Positions 21,934 through 31,580 are shown, counted from the stretch's first letter. The stretch is 64,000 nucleotides of DNA from Escherichia coli (GCF_013122565.1 NZ_CP053258.1); one strand, 5' to 3'. Numbers and translations are program-made. The notes: a model not told the origin generated them from the letters alone.

Positions 21934-22610
21934 TTCAGTATCTGAACGTCTTTTTTTACGATATCTACCCGTACATTTGCGCGACGGTGTTTTTCCTCGG
22001 CAGCTGGCTGCGCTACGACTACGGGCAGTACACCTGGCGCGCCTCCTCAAGTCAAATGCTCGATAAACGCGGGATGGTGATATGGTCGAATCTGTTCCAT
22101 ATCGGCATTTTGGGGATCTTCTTCGGGCACCTGTTCGGCATGTTAACGCCGCACTGGATGTACGCGTGGTTTTTGCCAGTGGCAGCGAAACAACTAATGG
22201 CGATGGTGCTCGGCGGTATTTGCGGTGTGTTGACGTTGATTGGCGGCGCAGGACTGCTGTGGCGCAGGCTGACAAATCAGCGCGTGCGTGCCACTTCTAC
22301 TACGCCGGATATCATCATCATGAGCATTTTGCTGATCCAGTGTCTGTTGGGGCTAAGTACCATACCGTTTTCAGCACAGTATCCTGATGGTAGCGAAATG
22401 ATGAAGCTGGTGGGTTGGGCGCAAAGCATTGTCACTTTCCGAGGTGGATCGTCAGAAATGCTTAACGGCGTAGCGTTCGTTTTCCGCCTGCATCTGGTGT
22501 TGGGAATGACCATCTTCCTGCTCTTCCCGTTCACCCGACTGGTGCATGTGTGGAGCGCGCCGTTTGAGTACATTACTCGTCGGTATCAGATTGTGCGCTC
22601 GCGGCGATAA
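21930..22610 (+). CDS. narV: Respiratory nitrate reductase 2 gamma subunit, cytochrome b (226 aa)
   Basis: Track ORF 226 aa; start overlaps narW stop (ATGA); five hydrophobic helices. Confidence 0.9.
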
Positions 22611-22689
22611 TTTTCACCCTGGCCGGATAGCCCTTCGCTCTCCGGCCACTTGCAGGCTATGATAGTTCTCCAGCCACAGGAGAACGTTA

Positions 22690-23583
22690 ATGAAACCGCA
22701 GGTTTACCACGTCGATGCTTTTACCTCTCAACCATTTCGCGGCAATTCTGCCGGTGTTGTTTTCCCCGCCGATAATCTTAGCGAAGCACAAATGCAGCTT
22801 ATCGCCCGCGAATTAGGTCATTCGGAAACCGCTTTTCTGCTGCACAGCGACGACAGCGATGTACGCATCCGCTACTTTACGCCAACGGTTGAGGTGCCGA
22901 TTTGCGGACACGCGACTGTGGCAGCGCACTATGTACGATCGAAAGTGTTAGGTTTGGGGAATTGCACCGTCTGGCAAACATCTCTTGCGGGACGTCATCG
23001 CGTGACTATCGAAAAGCACAACGATGATTATCGTATTTCGCTGGAACAAGGTACGCCGGGCTTTGAGCCACCGCTGGAAGGTGAAACACGTGCGGCGATT
23101 ATCAACGCGCTTCATCTCACTGAGGACGATATTCTGCCAGGCTTGCCAATTCAGGTGGCAACAACAGGACACTCAAAAGTGATGATTCCGCTGAAACCAG
23201 AAGTGGATATCGACGCCCTTTCGCCTGATCTTGCTGCGCTGACCGCTATCAGTAAACAGATTGGCTGCAATGGTTTCTTCCCGTTCCAGATCCGCCCAGG
23301 CAAAAACGAAACCGATGGTCGTATGTTCTCGCCTGCCATTGGTATTGTGGAAGATCCGGTGACCGGTAATGCCAATGGCCCGATGGGCGCATGGTTGGTA
23401 CATCACAACGTATTGCCCCACGATGGCAACGTGTTGCGTGTTAAAGGCCATCAGGGGCGCGCATTGGGGCGTGACGGCGTGATTGAAGTGACGGTGACAA
23501 TTCGTGATAACCAACCGGAAAAAGTCACCATTTCTGGCACAGCGGTGATTTTGTTTCATGCCGAATGGGCAATTGAACTCTGA
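22690..23583 (+). CDS. yddE: PhzF-family isomerase-like protein (297 aa)
   Basis: Track ORF 297 aa; MKPQVYHVDAFTSQPFRGNSAGVVF is the PhzF/DapF-fold N-terminus. Confidence 0.88.
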   Translation: MKPQVYHVDAFTSQPFRGNSAGVVFPADNLSEAQMQLIARELGHSETAFLLHSDDSDVRIRYFTPTVEVPICGHATVAAHYVRSKVLGLGNCTVWQTSLAGRHRVTIEKHNDDYRISLEQGTPGFEPPLEGETRAAIINALHLTEDDILPGLPIQVATTGHSKVMIPLKPEVDIDALSPDLAALTAISKQIGCNGFFPFQIRPGKNETDGRMFSPAIGIVEDPVTGNANGPMGAWLVHHNVLPHDGNVLRVKGHQGRALGRDGVIEVTVTIRDNQPEKVTISGTAVILFHAEWAIEL

Positions 23584-23590
23584 AACCTCT

Positions 23591-23666
23591 GCCTGATGCG
23601 CTTCGCTTATCAGGTCTACAACCGAGCTAATGTATGCCGGATAAGGCGTTTACGCCGCATCCGGCA
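23591..23666. repeat. REP/BIME extragenic palindromic repeats
   Basis: gcctgatgcgcttcgcttatcaggtctac and gccggataaggcgtttacgccgcatccggca between convergent yddE and nhoA. Confidence 0.6.
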
Positions 23667-23678
23667 ACCTGACATAAA

Positions 23679-24524
23679 TTATTTTCCCGCCTCCGGGTGC
23701 GTATCAAACGCCGCCATCACCAGCGCTAACTCATCCACGGTAAAGCCATGTTTCGCATCATCCACCCCCAGACCAAACCGTTCCTGCATCACGGCATATA
23801 ACGACGCCACATCCGGTAGATTTCGCTGCCCCACCGCGTGCCCATTTTCATAATGGGTAAAATGAAAATTGGTCAGCGTTAGCTTGCCACCGTCCGCCAA
23901 ATGGCGGCACATCAGCAAATGATGGCGAAAATGCGACTGTGGCCAGTGCGCCGACCAGAAATTGCCCATCACATAATCGCTTTGTTGCTGCTCGCAGAGA
24001 TCAAAACGGTACATCGACTGCCAGTGCTGATGATGATTAAACTGCAACACCCAATCATCACCCTCCTGCAACAACCGATACTCTCCGTGTGGCGTGGTCT
24101 GCACGAGCTCGGGAACTAACCGAATCGGCGCGGTTAGCGTCTGTCCACCGAAACCGACATCAGCAATCCATTTTTCCCCTTCCAGTTCCACCAACAGCAA
24201 ACGATGGGTGCGCGGCGGTAATGCTGGCGGATTTGATAACACTACGCGCCCTAACAAGCTGCGAACGTTAAACCCCAGCTCGCGTAACACCCGCTCAAAC
24301 ACGCCATTCTGCTCAAAACAGTAACCGCCACGACGGGCTGTCACCAGTTTCTCTTCCAGCGATTGATCATCAAGCTGTATTTCCCTCGGCAGCAAAACGT
24401 CGAGGTTTTCAAACGGAATGGTGCAATTGTGTTTCAGGTGCAATGCACGCAGCGTATCAATATTGACCGCAGCAGCTCCCGACCAGTTAATACGGGCAAA
24501 ATAGTGATTCAGAATGGGCGTCAT
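23679..24524 (-). CDS. nhoA: Arylamine N-acetyltransferase / N-hydroxyarylamine O-acetyltransferase (281 aa)
   Basis: Track ORF 281 aa; NAT family with catalytic Cys in RRGGYCFEQN. Confidence 0.9.
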   Translation of the reverse strand: MTPILNHYFARINWSGAAAVNIDTLRALHLKHNCTIPFENLDVLLPREIQLDDQSLEEKLVTARRGGYCFEQNGVFERVLRELGFNVRSLLGRVVLSNPPALPPRTHRLLLVELEGEKWIADVGFGGQTLTAPIRLVPELVQTTPHGEYRLLQEGDDWVLQFNHHQHWQSMYRFDLCEQQQSDYVMGNFWSAHWPQSHFRHHLLMCRHLADGGKLTLTNFHFTHYENGHAVGQRNLPDVASLYAVMQERFGLGVDDAKHGFTVDELALVMAAFDTHPEAGK

Positions 24525-24698
24525 CAGGCGTTTCCCTTAGTGGTTTTCTCAACTTATAACCTGGAATAGACGACGCACCGGCTATTTTGTGCGATCGCGG
24601 ACATGCATCACGTTCGCAAATCGCCAATCCCGTTAATTTCGTTACTTATTGCGTTACGAGCTACGCTTTTAAAACAACCTTCTTCGCGAGGCGATACC

Positions 24699-25268
24699 AT
24701 GAGCCGATTTATCCCCGTCGAATTACACCATGCCAGCCGTCTGTTAAATCATGGTCCAACTGTCATGATCACCAGTTTCGATGAGCAATCCCAGCGGCGT
24801 AACATTATGGCTGCGGCCTGGTCAATGCCGGTGGAGTTTGAACCGCCACGCGTGGCGATTGTGGTAGATAAATCGACATGGACCAGGGAGTTGATTGAAC
24901 GTAACGGTAAATTTGGCATAGTTATCCCGGGCGTTGCAGCAACTAACTGGACGTGGGCGGTGGGAAGTGTGTCAGGGCGTGATGAAGATAAATTTAATTG
25001 CTATGGCATTCCGGTTGTGAGGGGCCCGGTACTTGGTTTGCCTCTGGTCGAGGAAAAATGTCTGGCGTGGATGGAGTGTCGATTGCTACCTGCGACTTCT
25101 GCGCAAGAAAAATACGACACGCTGTTTAGCGAGGTGGTATCAGCAGCGGCAGACGCACGGGTTTTTGTCGAAGGCCGCTGGCAGTTTGATGATGATAAAC
25201 TCAATACGTTGCATCATTTAGGTGCTGGCACGTTTGTTACCAGCGGCAAGCGAGTCACCGCGGGCTAA
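24699..25268 (+). CDS. yddH: Flavin reductase-like domain protein (189 aa)
   Basis: Track ORF 24603..25268; 189-aa form starts MSRFIPVELHHASRLLNHGPTVMITS; flavin-reductase-like fold. Confidence 0.82.
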   Translation: MSRFIPVELHHASRLLNHGPTVMITSFDEQSQRRNIMAAAWSMPVEFEPPRVAIVVDKSTWTRELIERNGKFGIVIPGVAATNWTWAVGSVSGRDEDKFNCYGIPVVRGPVLGLPLVEEKCLAWMECRLLPATSAQEKYDTLFSEVVSAAADARVFVEGRWQFDDDKLNTLHHLGAGTFVTSGKRVTAG

Positions 25269-25334
25269 AGAATCATATGCAGCAACCAGGTTGCTTAAGC
25301 AATATTTCCATATGAGTTAAAAGCATATTTTATC

Positions 25335-25801
25335 TCACGATTGCATATTTTTAGTGAAGATTACTTTATCCTCACCAACATCATAGTAATTGCGTATTAT
25401 CGCCTCATTGATAAAGCCCTGTTTTGTATAAAATGCGCGGGCGGCACTAAAATCGATATGGCTAGAGGTCTCTACTAAAAGTAGTCTAGCCTGTTTAATT
25501 GTGAGTTTTTTTCTATTTCGTTGATCAGCAGATGTCCCACTCCCTGGCGCTGATGGGAAGGACTGATCCAGAGCAATAATAAATTCCAGACATCATTTGT
25601 CATCACTTCAGGAGCACAATAGGCAATCCCTGCCAGTCCTAAGTGTTCTGCACTAAACCATAAATCGGCAGATTGACCTGAGAAATAATGTGTTAGTGTT
25701 TTTTGTACATGATGAAGGCCATCTTGATCAAATTGTCCACTGGCAAGCAGCATATCCAGTAATGGTTCAACATCTGAAGGTTTGACTGGTCGTATAAACA
25801 T
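25335..25801 (-). pseudogene. GNAT-family N-acetyltransferase interrupted by a frameshift at an A7 homopolymer
   Basis: Track ORF 25475..25801 (108 aa, ends ...HQRQGVGHLLINEIEKNSQLNRLDYF*) is the N-terminal part. The next frame continues from the A7 tract (top-strand T7 at 25506-25512) as KKLTIKQARLLLVETSSHIDFSAARAFYTKQGFINEAIIRNYYDVGEDKVIFTKNMQS* to a stop at 25335, a RimI-like GNAT C-terminus. One extra A would restore a ~157-aa protein. Confidence 0.6.
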
Positions 25802-26094
25802 GGAATTCCTTATCTATTTATGAATGTTTGAAAATTGTTTGCGTGGAACACGGTCAATCTGAAGTCAATATTTTTGAGAAAGAATAGATGGGTATTTATA
25901 TAAACAAAGAAGCCATTTCTTTAAATATTAATTAAAGTATAACATTAACACCGGACTTCATTGCGACAGGACACGACAAAGCAATTTTGCGGTTTTTTCA
26001 GGGTGCATTACAAAAATTGAATCCTTTATGGACTAATGTGAGAAAATTACGAGGCATAACTATTTTGATATAGTGGACAATCAAGCGTCTCGAA

Positions 26095-26847
26095 TTAACA
26101 ATGACTTTCAGATGCTAAACCATGCAATTGGTAGTATGTCGGATATAGGACAACATTAGGAAATCGGACAGAAAATTCAGCATAATAAAATGACAACTTA
26201 TCTCTTTCTCTCACTTTCTGAGAAATTTCACAAAAGTATAAACTGAGCCAATATGCCTTTATATATAAAAAATACTCATGCTTATTTTTATCGGAAAAAG
26301 CCAAAATTGTGTCAAGTCCATCAAAAATATCTTTATCATGATTTATATGTACTCTTGATGAATTTACAATATCTTTTAATTCGCGGTAAATCTTATTAAA
26401 TAGCGCAACCGATTCACTGTTATTGAATCCATAGTTGATAAAAAGACATGATTTAACATCCGATATTAGTAAGTCGTCATAATCTATCTCAATTCCACAC
26501 AATTTCACGATATACTCAGCTATAGTATTACTTTGCAAGGACTCAACAACTGACAGTAAAACAGATGGATGCAATAATATTTCAAGAAGACTTCTGTCGA
26601 TATTTTTATACACGTTTATTGCAAATTCATCACTCGTCCCATCGATGGTGTCAGATATTAAAAAAAATACATACTCGGGGAGTTCATACCACATATTAAT
26701 TTTAATAATATCACGACACGTATCTTCTAACTGTTGTAATCTATTACCTTTATTCATAACAACCTTAATGTTATTATATGGAATCTTTAGCGTAATCTTC
26801 TTAACTCCGAGGAATTTTACTAAACCGTTGTTAGAGAAAATATGCAT
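26095..26847 (-). CDS. Hypothetical protein (250 aa), AT-rich island ORF of unknown function
   Basis: Track ORF; AT-rich, Asn/Ile/Lys/Tyr-rich; own upstream region of ~270 nt containing a 10-bp inverted repeat. No family recognised. Confidence 0.55.
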   Translation of the reverse strand: MHIFSNNGLVKFLGVKKITLKIPYNNIKVVMNKGNRLQQLEDTCRDIIKINMWYELPEYVFFLISDTIDGTSDEFAINVYKNIDRSLLEILLHPSVLLSVVESLQSNTIAEYIVKLCGIEIDYDDLLISDVKSCLFINYGFNNSESVALFNKIYRELKDIVNSSRVHINHDKDIFDGLDTILAFSDKNKHEYFLYIKAYWLSLYFCEISQKVRERDKLSFYYAEFSVRFPNVVLYPTYYQLHGLASESHC

Positions 26848-27115
26848 ATCACTGACAGCGTGTTATTAATTCACTCTGGTGTTATATAACAAAAATATCC
26901 CCTCCTGTTTTCACCTCTTTGTATTCATGATAGTTAAGGGGAGTGCTAACTTAATATAACACCTGTATTTTCTCACTTTTAGCAAAAACACAAGTTTACT
27001 AAAGAACATAACATTACTGGTTAAACTGTAAAAACAATTGATAACGAAGAGCATCATAAGTTAATAATTTGATTGTTTTCAATGCATTATTACAACTGCA
27101 TTCAGAAGTATATTT

Positions 27116-27676
27116 TTACATAAAGTGTTTATTGATGATTTTTACCAGTTCATCTTTTGCAATAAGCTCTATATTTAAATTAACACACTCAACAATCTGA
27201 AGAAATGTGTCACTTAGTATATGTTCATGATCACCTTTCGTATGCATTTTGACAAAAAGGCCAAAAGATGCGCGAACAAAAGATATCTCGGGGTTATCCC
27301 ATGTAAACCATCGTACTCCACCACCTTCATTCATATACTCCCTTATTCTATGCTGTTCATTATTAAAACTTGAAAAATTAACGTTTTTTTCAAAGAAGGC
27401 ATTTTGCGCTAAAGATATTATTTTCCTGGATAATTCATTACAAACACGAGGGTTCGTGTCAAGAATAAATACCATTACATCAAGTGTAAAATGACGTATT
27501 TTATCTATATTTTTCCTTTTCATTGGTCCTAGCAATGAACCGTAAACTTTATCAATACGTTCATCAAGCAATCTTACCATATTTTTTCTTTCTATTTCGA
27601 TGTAATAATCTGGTTGATTATGTATCCCGCTATTATTTTGATGGTTCATTGTTTTAATTTTTTTGCTTTTTTTCAT
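27116..27676 (-). CDS. Hypothetical protein (186 aa), AT-rich island ORF of unknown function
   Basis: Track ORF; GAGG SD 4 nt upstream of ATG; Lys-rich N-terminus MKKSKKIKTMNHQNNSG; no family recognised. Confidence 0.55.
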   Translation of the reverse strand: MKKSKKIKTMNHQNNSGIHNQPDYYIEIERKNMVRLLDERIDKVYGSLLGPMKRKNIDKIRHFTLDVMVFILDTNPRVCNELSRKIISLAQNAFFEKNVNFSSFNNEQHRIREYMNEGGGVRWFTWDNPEISFVRASFGLFVKMHTKGDHEHILSDTFLQIVECVNLNIELIAKDELVKIINKHFM

Positions 27677-27783
27677 TGTTACCTCGTTGTGTCATGATTT
27701 TAGTAGTGGATGAAAAATAACACCGACTCATCAGATTTTAATTAAGTTTTCATGTTGGCTAATTCGTTTGAAGAGTTACTACT

Positions 27784-28206
27784 TTATTCAATCCAGTAAG
27801 CTAGTCGCTCTCCAGAGCTTAGATTTTCCCTTTTGTAATAAAATACTGTATCGAAATTAAGTGAAATGGTTTCTGCTATAACTTTAAACTGTAATATTGA
27901 CTCGGAATAAAACTCGAGAACAATATTAGCATCATTATTATCATTGATTATTTTTAGTTTCATAAAATCATCAAGAGGATCACAAGTCCAGTACGTATCA
28001 CCACTCATGTAAGATGGTGCATTTATTATTATTTCAAAATTATGATAATAAGAAAGATCACTACTGCCAACGATAATTAATCGCCCATTACTATAGAGAT
28101 AAATTTCAAAATCTATCCAACAGTTATTTCTGTAATTACGCCTGATTTCGTCCACTACATTTTGTTGTTTCATTTTGGATACTTGTAAAATATAATTACT
28201 ACGCAT
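27784..28206 (-). CDS. Hypothetical protein (140 aa), AT-rich island ORF; possible immunity-type protein
   Basis: Track ORF; starts 44 nt after the upstream ORF stop; no family recognised. Confidence 0.5.
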   Translation of the reverse strand: MRSNYILQVSKMKQQNVVDEIRRNYRNNCWIDFEIYLYSNGRLIIVGSSDLSYYHNFEIIINAPSYMSGDTYWTCDPLDDFMKLKIINDNNDANIVLEFYSESILQFKVIAETISLNFDTVFYYKRENLSSGERLAYWIE

Positions 28207-28250
28207 TGATAAAGTGATATATGATCTTATATAGGTCGCACCTGTAAAAT

Positions 28251-28583
28251 TTAAAATGTGTTAACTTCCCTTCTTAACAATACAAACCCCTCAAGGCTTA
28301 ATATTTTATTTTTTAACTCATCATGCCTGATCGTATCATTGATATAGAGAAGATAAGTATACTCAGGATAATCGACCTCATCCACTACACCATCCAAAAC
28401 ATCATAATTTTCTTTTAGAAGAAAATGTTCATGGCTTTTGTCTCCGGACAATAAATAGATTCCGCCATAATAAAGGCTTTCTTTCTCTTTAAATGTGATT
28501 TTTATTACATCTTCTAACATCTTCAGCGCATCATAGATTCCTACTCCAGAATATCCATACAAGTCATAATAACTCATTCCCAT
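28251..28583 (-). CDS. Hypothetical protein (110 aa), AT-rich island ORF; possible immunity-type protein
   Basis: Track ORF; AGGTG SD; starts 21 nt after the upstream ORF stop (operon-like coupling); acidic, Tyr-rich. Confidence 0.5.
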   Translation of the reverse strand: MGMSYYDLYGYSGVGIYDALKMLEDVIKITFKEKESLYYGGIYLLSGDKSHEHFLLKENYDVLDGVVDEVDYPEYTYLLYINDTIRHDELKNKILSLEGFVLLRREVNTF

Positions 28584-28604
28584 TTCACCTGTTTGAATTT
28601 GTAT

Positions 28605-28877
28605 TCATTTACCCTCACGGGATTTAGTAATTACATTCAGCAGTGGCTTTAAGTGTGATGTTACAAAACTATCACGCCTTTGCTCAATTATCATTTGGAT
28701 ATACTGTTTTGTATCAGTGTTACCATACTTAGCCATATAGAACATTACTGCGTCCATTATATCTCTTTCATAGTTTTCTATTGCATCAACATAGACATCA
28801 ACCAGAGTATTAACTTCTTTATTTGATGGATGTTCTGAAAGATTACTCTCAAATTGTGAGAATCTGAATCGTACCAT
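28605..28877 (-). CDS. Hypothetical protein (90 aa), first ORF of the AT-rich island next to yncG
   Basis: Track ORF; occupies the slot where K-12 has yncH/rhsE; no family recognised. Confidence 0.45.
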   Translation of the reverse strand: MVRFRFSQFESNLSEHPSNKEVNTLVDVYVDAIENYERDIMDAVMFYMAKYGNTDTKQYIQMIIEQRRDSFVTSHLKPLLNVITKSREGK

Positions 28878-29143
28878 TACGATTCTCTTAGAAATATCAT
28901 TAAATACGCTACCGCCCTACCCTGATAACATGATCTGCACGGCGCTATCATATCGGTATGTTTCTCTATATGCGAAAAGATGTTTTATTTTCAGATTAAA
29001 TCAAATAGATATTTAATATAAAAAACGAAATTTCATCAATCATATAAATAGTTGTACTAACTTCAATTACCATTCATAGCAAACAAATAGACGCCCAGTT
29101 AACTTTGCCGATGATTTATTAACATTAATCTCCGGCATTATTG

Positions 29144-29761
29144 TTAAATAATGGCATTCCTTTTTAGTACTTCTTGTAACTTTGGTATCTGACATACAGC
29201 ATCAGCAATCGCACTGATATTCGTGGCATTATCCTGAAACCATTCATGCCCAGGCCCCCATGTGCGCATAGTGCAAAGATAACAGTCCACCAGCGTTAGT
29301 TGCTCACCAAACGCATAAGGTTCAGCGGTCAATTGTGAATTCAGCCAGATATAAAGCGATTTACGATATTCAATAACATTCTCCTTTAACTGTTCGGGTG
29401 CGTCAGGAGCCCAACGCTCAGGGTAATCGGCGAAAGTGAATGTTGGATAGACATTAGCAACCAGCCAGACCAATAGCCGTTGAAACTGCTGACGTTCGGC
29501 GCGCCCAACCGGTGGCACAAGGTCCGGGCGACGATCGAGAACCATCAATGCAATCGCCGCTGTCTCCGTCATAATCTCGTCATTTTCCAATGCCAGTGTC
29601 GGAACCTGGCACAACGGGTTCAGGGTTTTCAATAACTCGCGTGAAGCTCCCTCGTGGTCAAAACCACTGACATCAACGAACTGATAAGGAATATCAGCCA
29701 GTGTTAGCATCAGCTCACTGATTGTAGAGCCCCATCCGGGTACGCCATACACCTTAATCAT
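29144..29761 (-). CDS. yncG: Glutathione S-transferase homolog (205 aa)
   Basis: Track ORF 205 aa; MIKVYGVPGWGSTISELMLTLADIPYQFVDV is a GST N-terminal thioredoxin-like fold. Confidence 0.88.
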   Translation of the reverse strand: MIKVYGVPGWGSTISELMLTLADIPYQFVDVSGFDHEGASRELLKTLNPLCQVPTLALENDEIMTETAAIALMVLDRRPDLVPPVGRAERQQFQRLLVWLVANVYPTFTFADYPERWAPDAPEQLKENVIEYRKSLYIWLNSQLTAEPYAFGEQLTLVDCYLCTMRTWGPGHEWFQDNATNISAIADAVCQIPKLQEVLKRNAII

Positions 29762-30027
29762 ATGCCCCTCACAATCTTTTAAAGATTAAGTGTAGGACAG
29801 TACACAGGTTAACCAGCAAAAGGATTTGTCATTTTTTCGTCAGTTGTATTAATCCCCTTCAGGATTGTAAGGGGATGTTTTGCATCGTTTATCGATAACG
29901 GGTAGGATGCTGCGCCGATAGTTTTATACCCATAAAGAATAATGGTGATAACTACCATCGCCAGGATGAATAAACATTGTTCATGGCAACTTATATGACT
30001 TTTTCATTAAAGCAATCAGGGAGAGCA

Positions 30028-31527
30028 ATGAGTAAACACGACACCGACACTTCAGATCAACACGCCGCGAAACGCCGCTGGCTTAATGCCCACGAAGAGG
30101 GGTATCACAAAGCGATGGGCAATCGCCAGGTACAGATGATTGCCATTGGCGGCGCGATTGGCACCGGCTTGTTTTTAGGCGCGGGAGCCCGACTGCAAAT
30201 GGCGGGGCCAGCACTGGCACTGGTCTATTTGATCTGCGGCCTGTTTTCATTTTTTATTCTGCGTGCATTGGGTGAGCTGGTGTTACATCGCCCTTCCAGT
30301 GGCAGCTTTGTTTCTTATGCCCGTGAGTTTTTAGGAGAGAAAGCCGCTTATGTTGCTGGCTGGATGTACTTCATCAACTGGGCGATGACGGGGATTGTTG
30401 ATATTACCGCCGTCGCTCTGTATATGCATTACTGGGGGGCGTTTGGCGGCGTGCCGCAGTGGGTCTTTGCGCTCGCTGCGCTGACCATCGTTGGCACCAT
30501 GAATATGATCGGTGTGAAATGGTTTGCGGAGATGGAGTTCTGGTTTGCGCTTATTAAAGTGCTCGCCATTGTGACCTTTTTGGTCGTGGGTACAGTGTTC
30601 CTCGGTAGCGGCCAGCCGCTGGATGGCAACACCACTGGCTTTCATTTAATTACCGATAACGGCGGCTTCTTCCCCCACGGTTTGCTGCCTGCGCTGGTGT
30701 TGATTCAGGGCGTAGTGTTTGCTTTTGCCTCCATTGAAATGGTGGGTACAGCTGCCGGAGAATGTAAAGATCCGCAGACCATGGTGCCTAAAGCGATTAA
30801 CAGTGTGATTTGGCGTATTGGCCTGTTTTACGTCGGCTCCGTGGTGTTGCTGGTTATGTTATTGCCGTGGAGCGCGTATCAGGCGGGGCAAAGTCCTTTC
30901 GTGACGTTTTTCTCTAAACTGGGTGTGCCGTACATCGGCAGCATTATGAACATTGTGGTGCTGACCGCTGCCCTCTCCAGCCTGAACTCAGGTCTGTACT
31001 GCACCGGACGTATTCTGCGCTCGATGGCGATGGGCGGTTCCGCACCGAGTTTTATGGCGAAAATGAGTCGTCAGCATGTGCCGTATGCCGGGATTCTGGC
31101 GACACTGGTTGTGTATGTCGTCGGCGTATTCCTCAACTATCTGGTGCCGTCGCGCGTATTTGAGATTGTGTTGAACTTCGCGTCGCTGGGAATCATCGCT
31201 TCATGGGCGTTTATCATCGTGTGCCAGATGCGCCTGCGTAAAGCGATTAAAGAAGGCAAAGCAGCGGATGTCAGTTTTAAACTGCCTGGCGCGCCCTTCA
31301 CTTCCTGGCTGACATTACTGTTTTTACTGAGTGTCCTGGTGCTGATGGCGTTCGATTACCCGAACGGGACTTATACTATCGCGGCGCTGCCGATTATCGG
31401 TATTCTGCTGGTTATAGGCTGGTTTGGTGTGCGCAAACGTGTTGCTGAAATTCACAGCACTGCGCCAGTCGTCGAGGAAGATGAAGAAAAACAGGAAATT
31501 GAGTTTAAACCTGAAACGGCGAGTTAA
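30028..31527 (+). CDS. ansP: L-asparagine permease, APC family (499 aa)
   Basis: Track ORF 29977..31527; 499-aa form starts MSKHDTDTSDQHAAKRRWLNAHEEGYHKAMGNRQVQMIAIGGAIGTGLF (APC signature). Confidence 0.9.
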   Translation: MSKHDTDTSDQHAAKRRWLNAHEEGYHKAMGNRQVQMIAIGGAIGTGLFLGAGARLQMAGPALALVYLICGLFSFFILRALGELVLHRPSSGSFVSYAREFLGEKAAYVAGWMYFINWAMTGIVDITAVALYMHYWGAFGGVPQWVFALAALTIVGTMNMIGVKWFAEMEFWFALIKVLAIVTFLVVGTVFLGSGQPLDGNTTGFHLITDNGGFFPHGLLPALVLIQGVVFAFASIEMVGTAAGECKDPQTMVPKAINSVIWRIGLFYVGSVVLLVMLLPWSAYQAGQSPFVTFFSKLGVPYIGSIMNIVVLTAALSSLNSGLYCTGRILRSMAMGGSAPSFMAKMSRQHVPYAGILATLVVYVVGVFLNYLVPSRVFEIVLNFASLGIIASWAFIIVCQMRLRKAIKEGKAADVSFKLPGAPFTSWLTLLFLLSVLVLMAFDYPNGTYTIAALPIIGILLVIGWFGVRKRVAEIHSTAPVVEEDEEKQEIEFKPETAS

Positions 31528-31531
31528 TTGC

Positions 31532-31558
31532 AAAATTGCCCGGCTACGTGCCGGGCAA
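31532..31558. terminator. Hairpin/terminator between convergent ansP and yncE
   Basis: aaaattgcccggc-tacg-tgccgggcaa hairpin; the U-run is on the minus-strand reading, so it fits yncE best. Confidence 0.4.
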
Positions 31559-31580
31559 ATTGAAGGTGCTCTTTACTTCA

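Noticed and set aside
26645-27494. Plus-strand ORFs (74 aa and 81 aa) inside the AT-rich island
   Set aside because: They overlap the longer minus-strand ORFs antisense, lack SDs and have low-complexity translations; AT-rich DNA rarely yields such frames by chance on the non-coding strand, but these are short and unsupported.
25269-29143. An Rhs core or CdiA toxin gene, integrase, transposase or tRNA flanking the island
   Set aside because: I looked for YD-repeat/Rhs core motifs (DPxGL), VENN motifs, integrase or transposase-like ORFs and tRNA-like sequence and found none by eye; the island is bounded directly by yddH and yncG.
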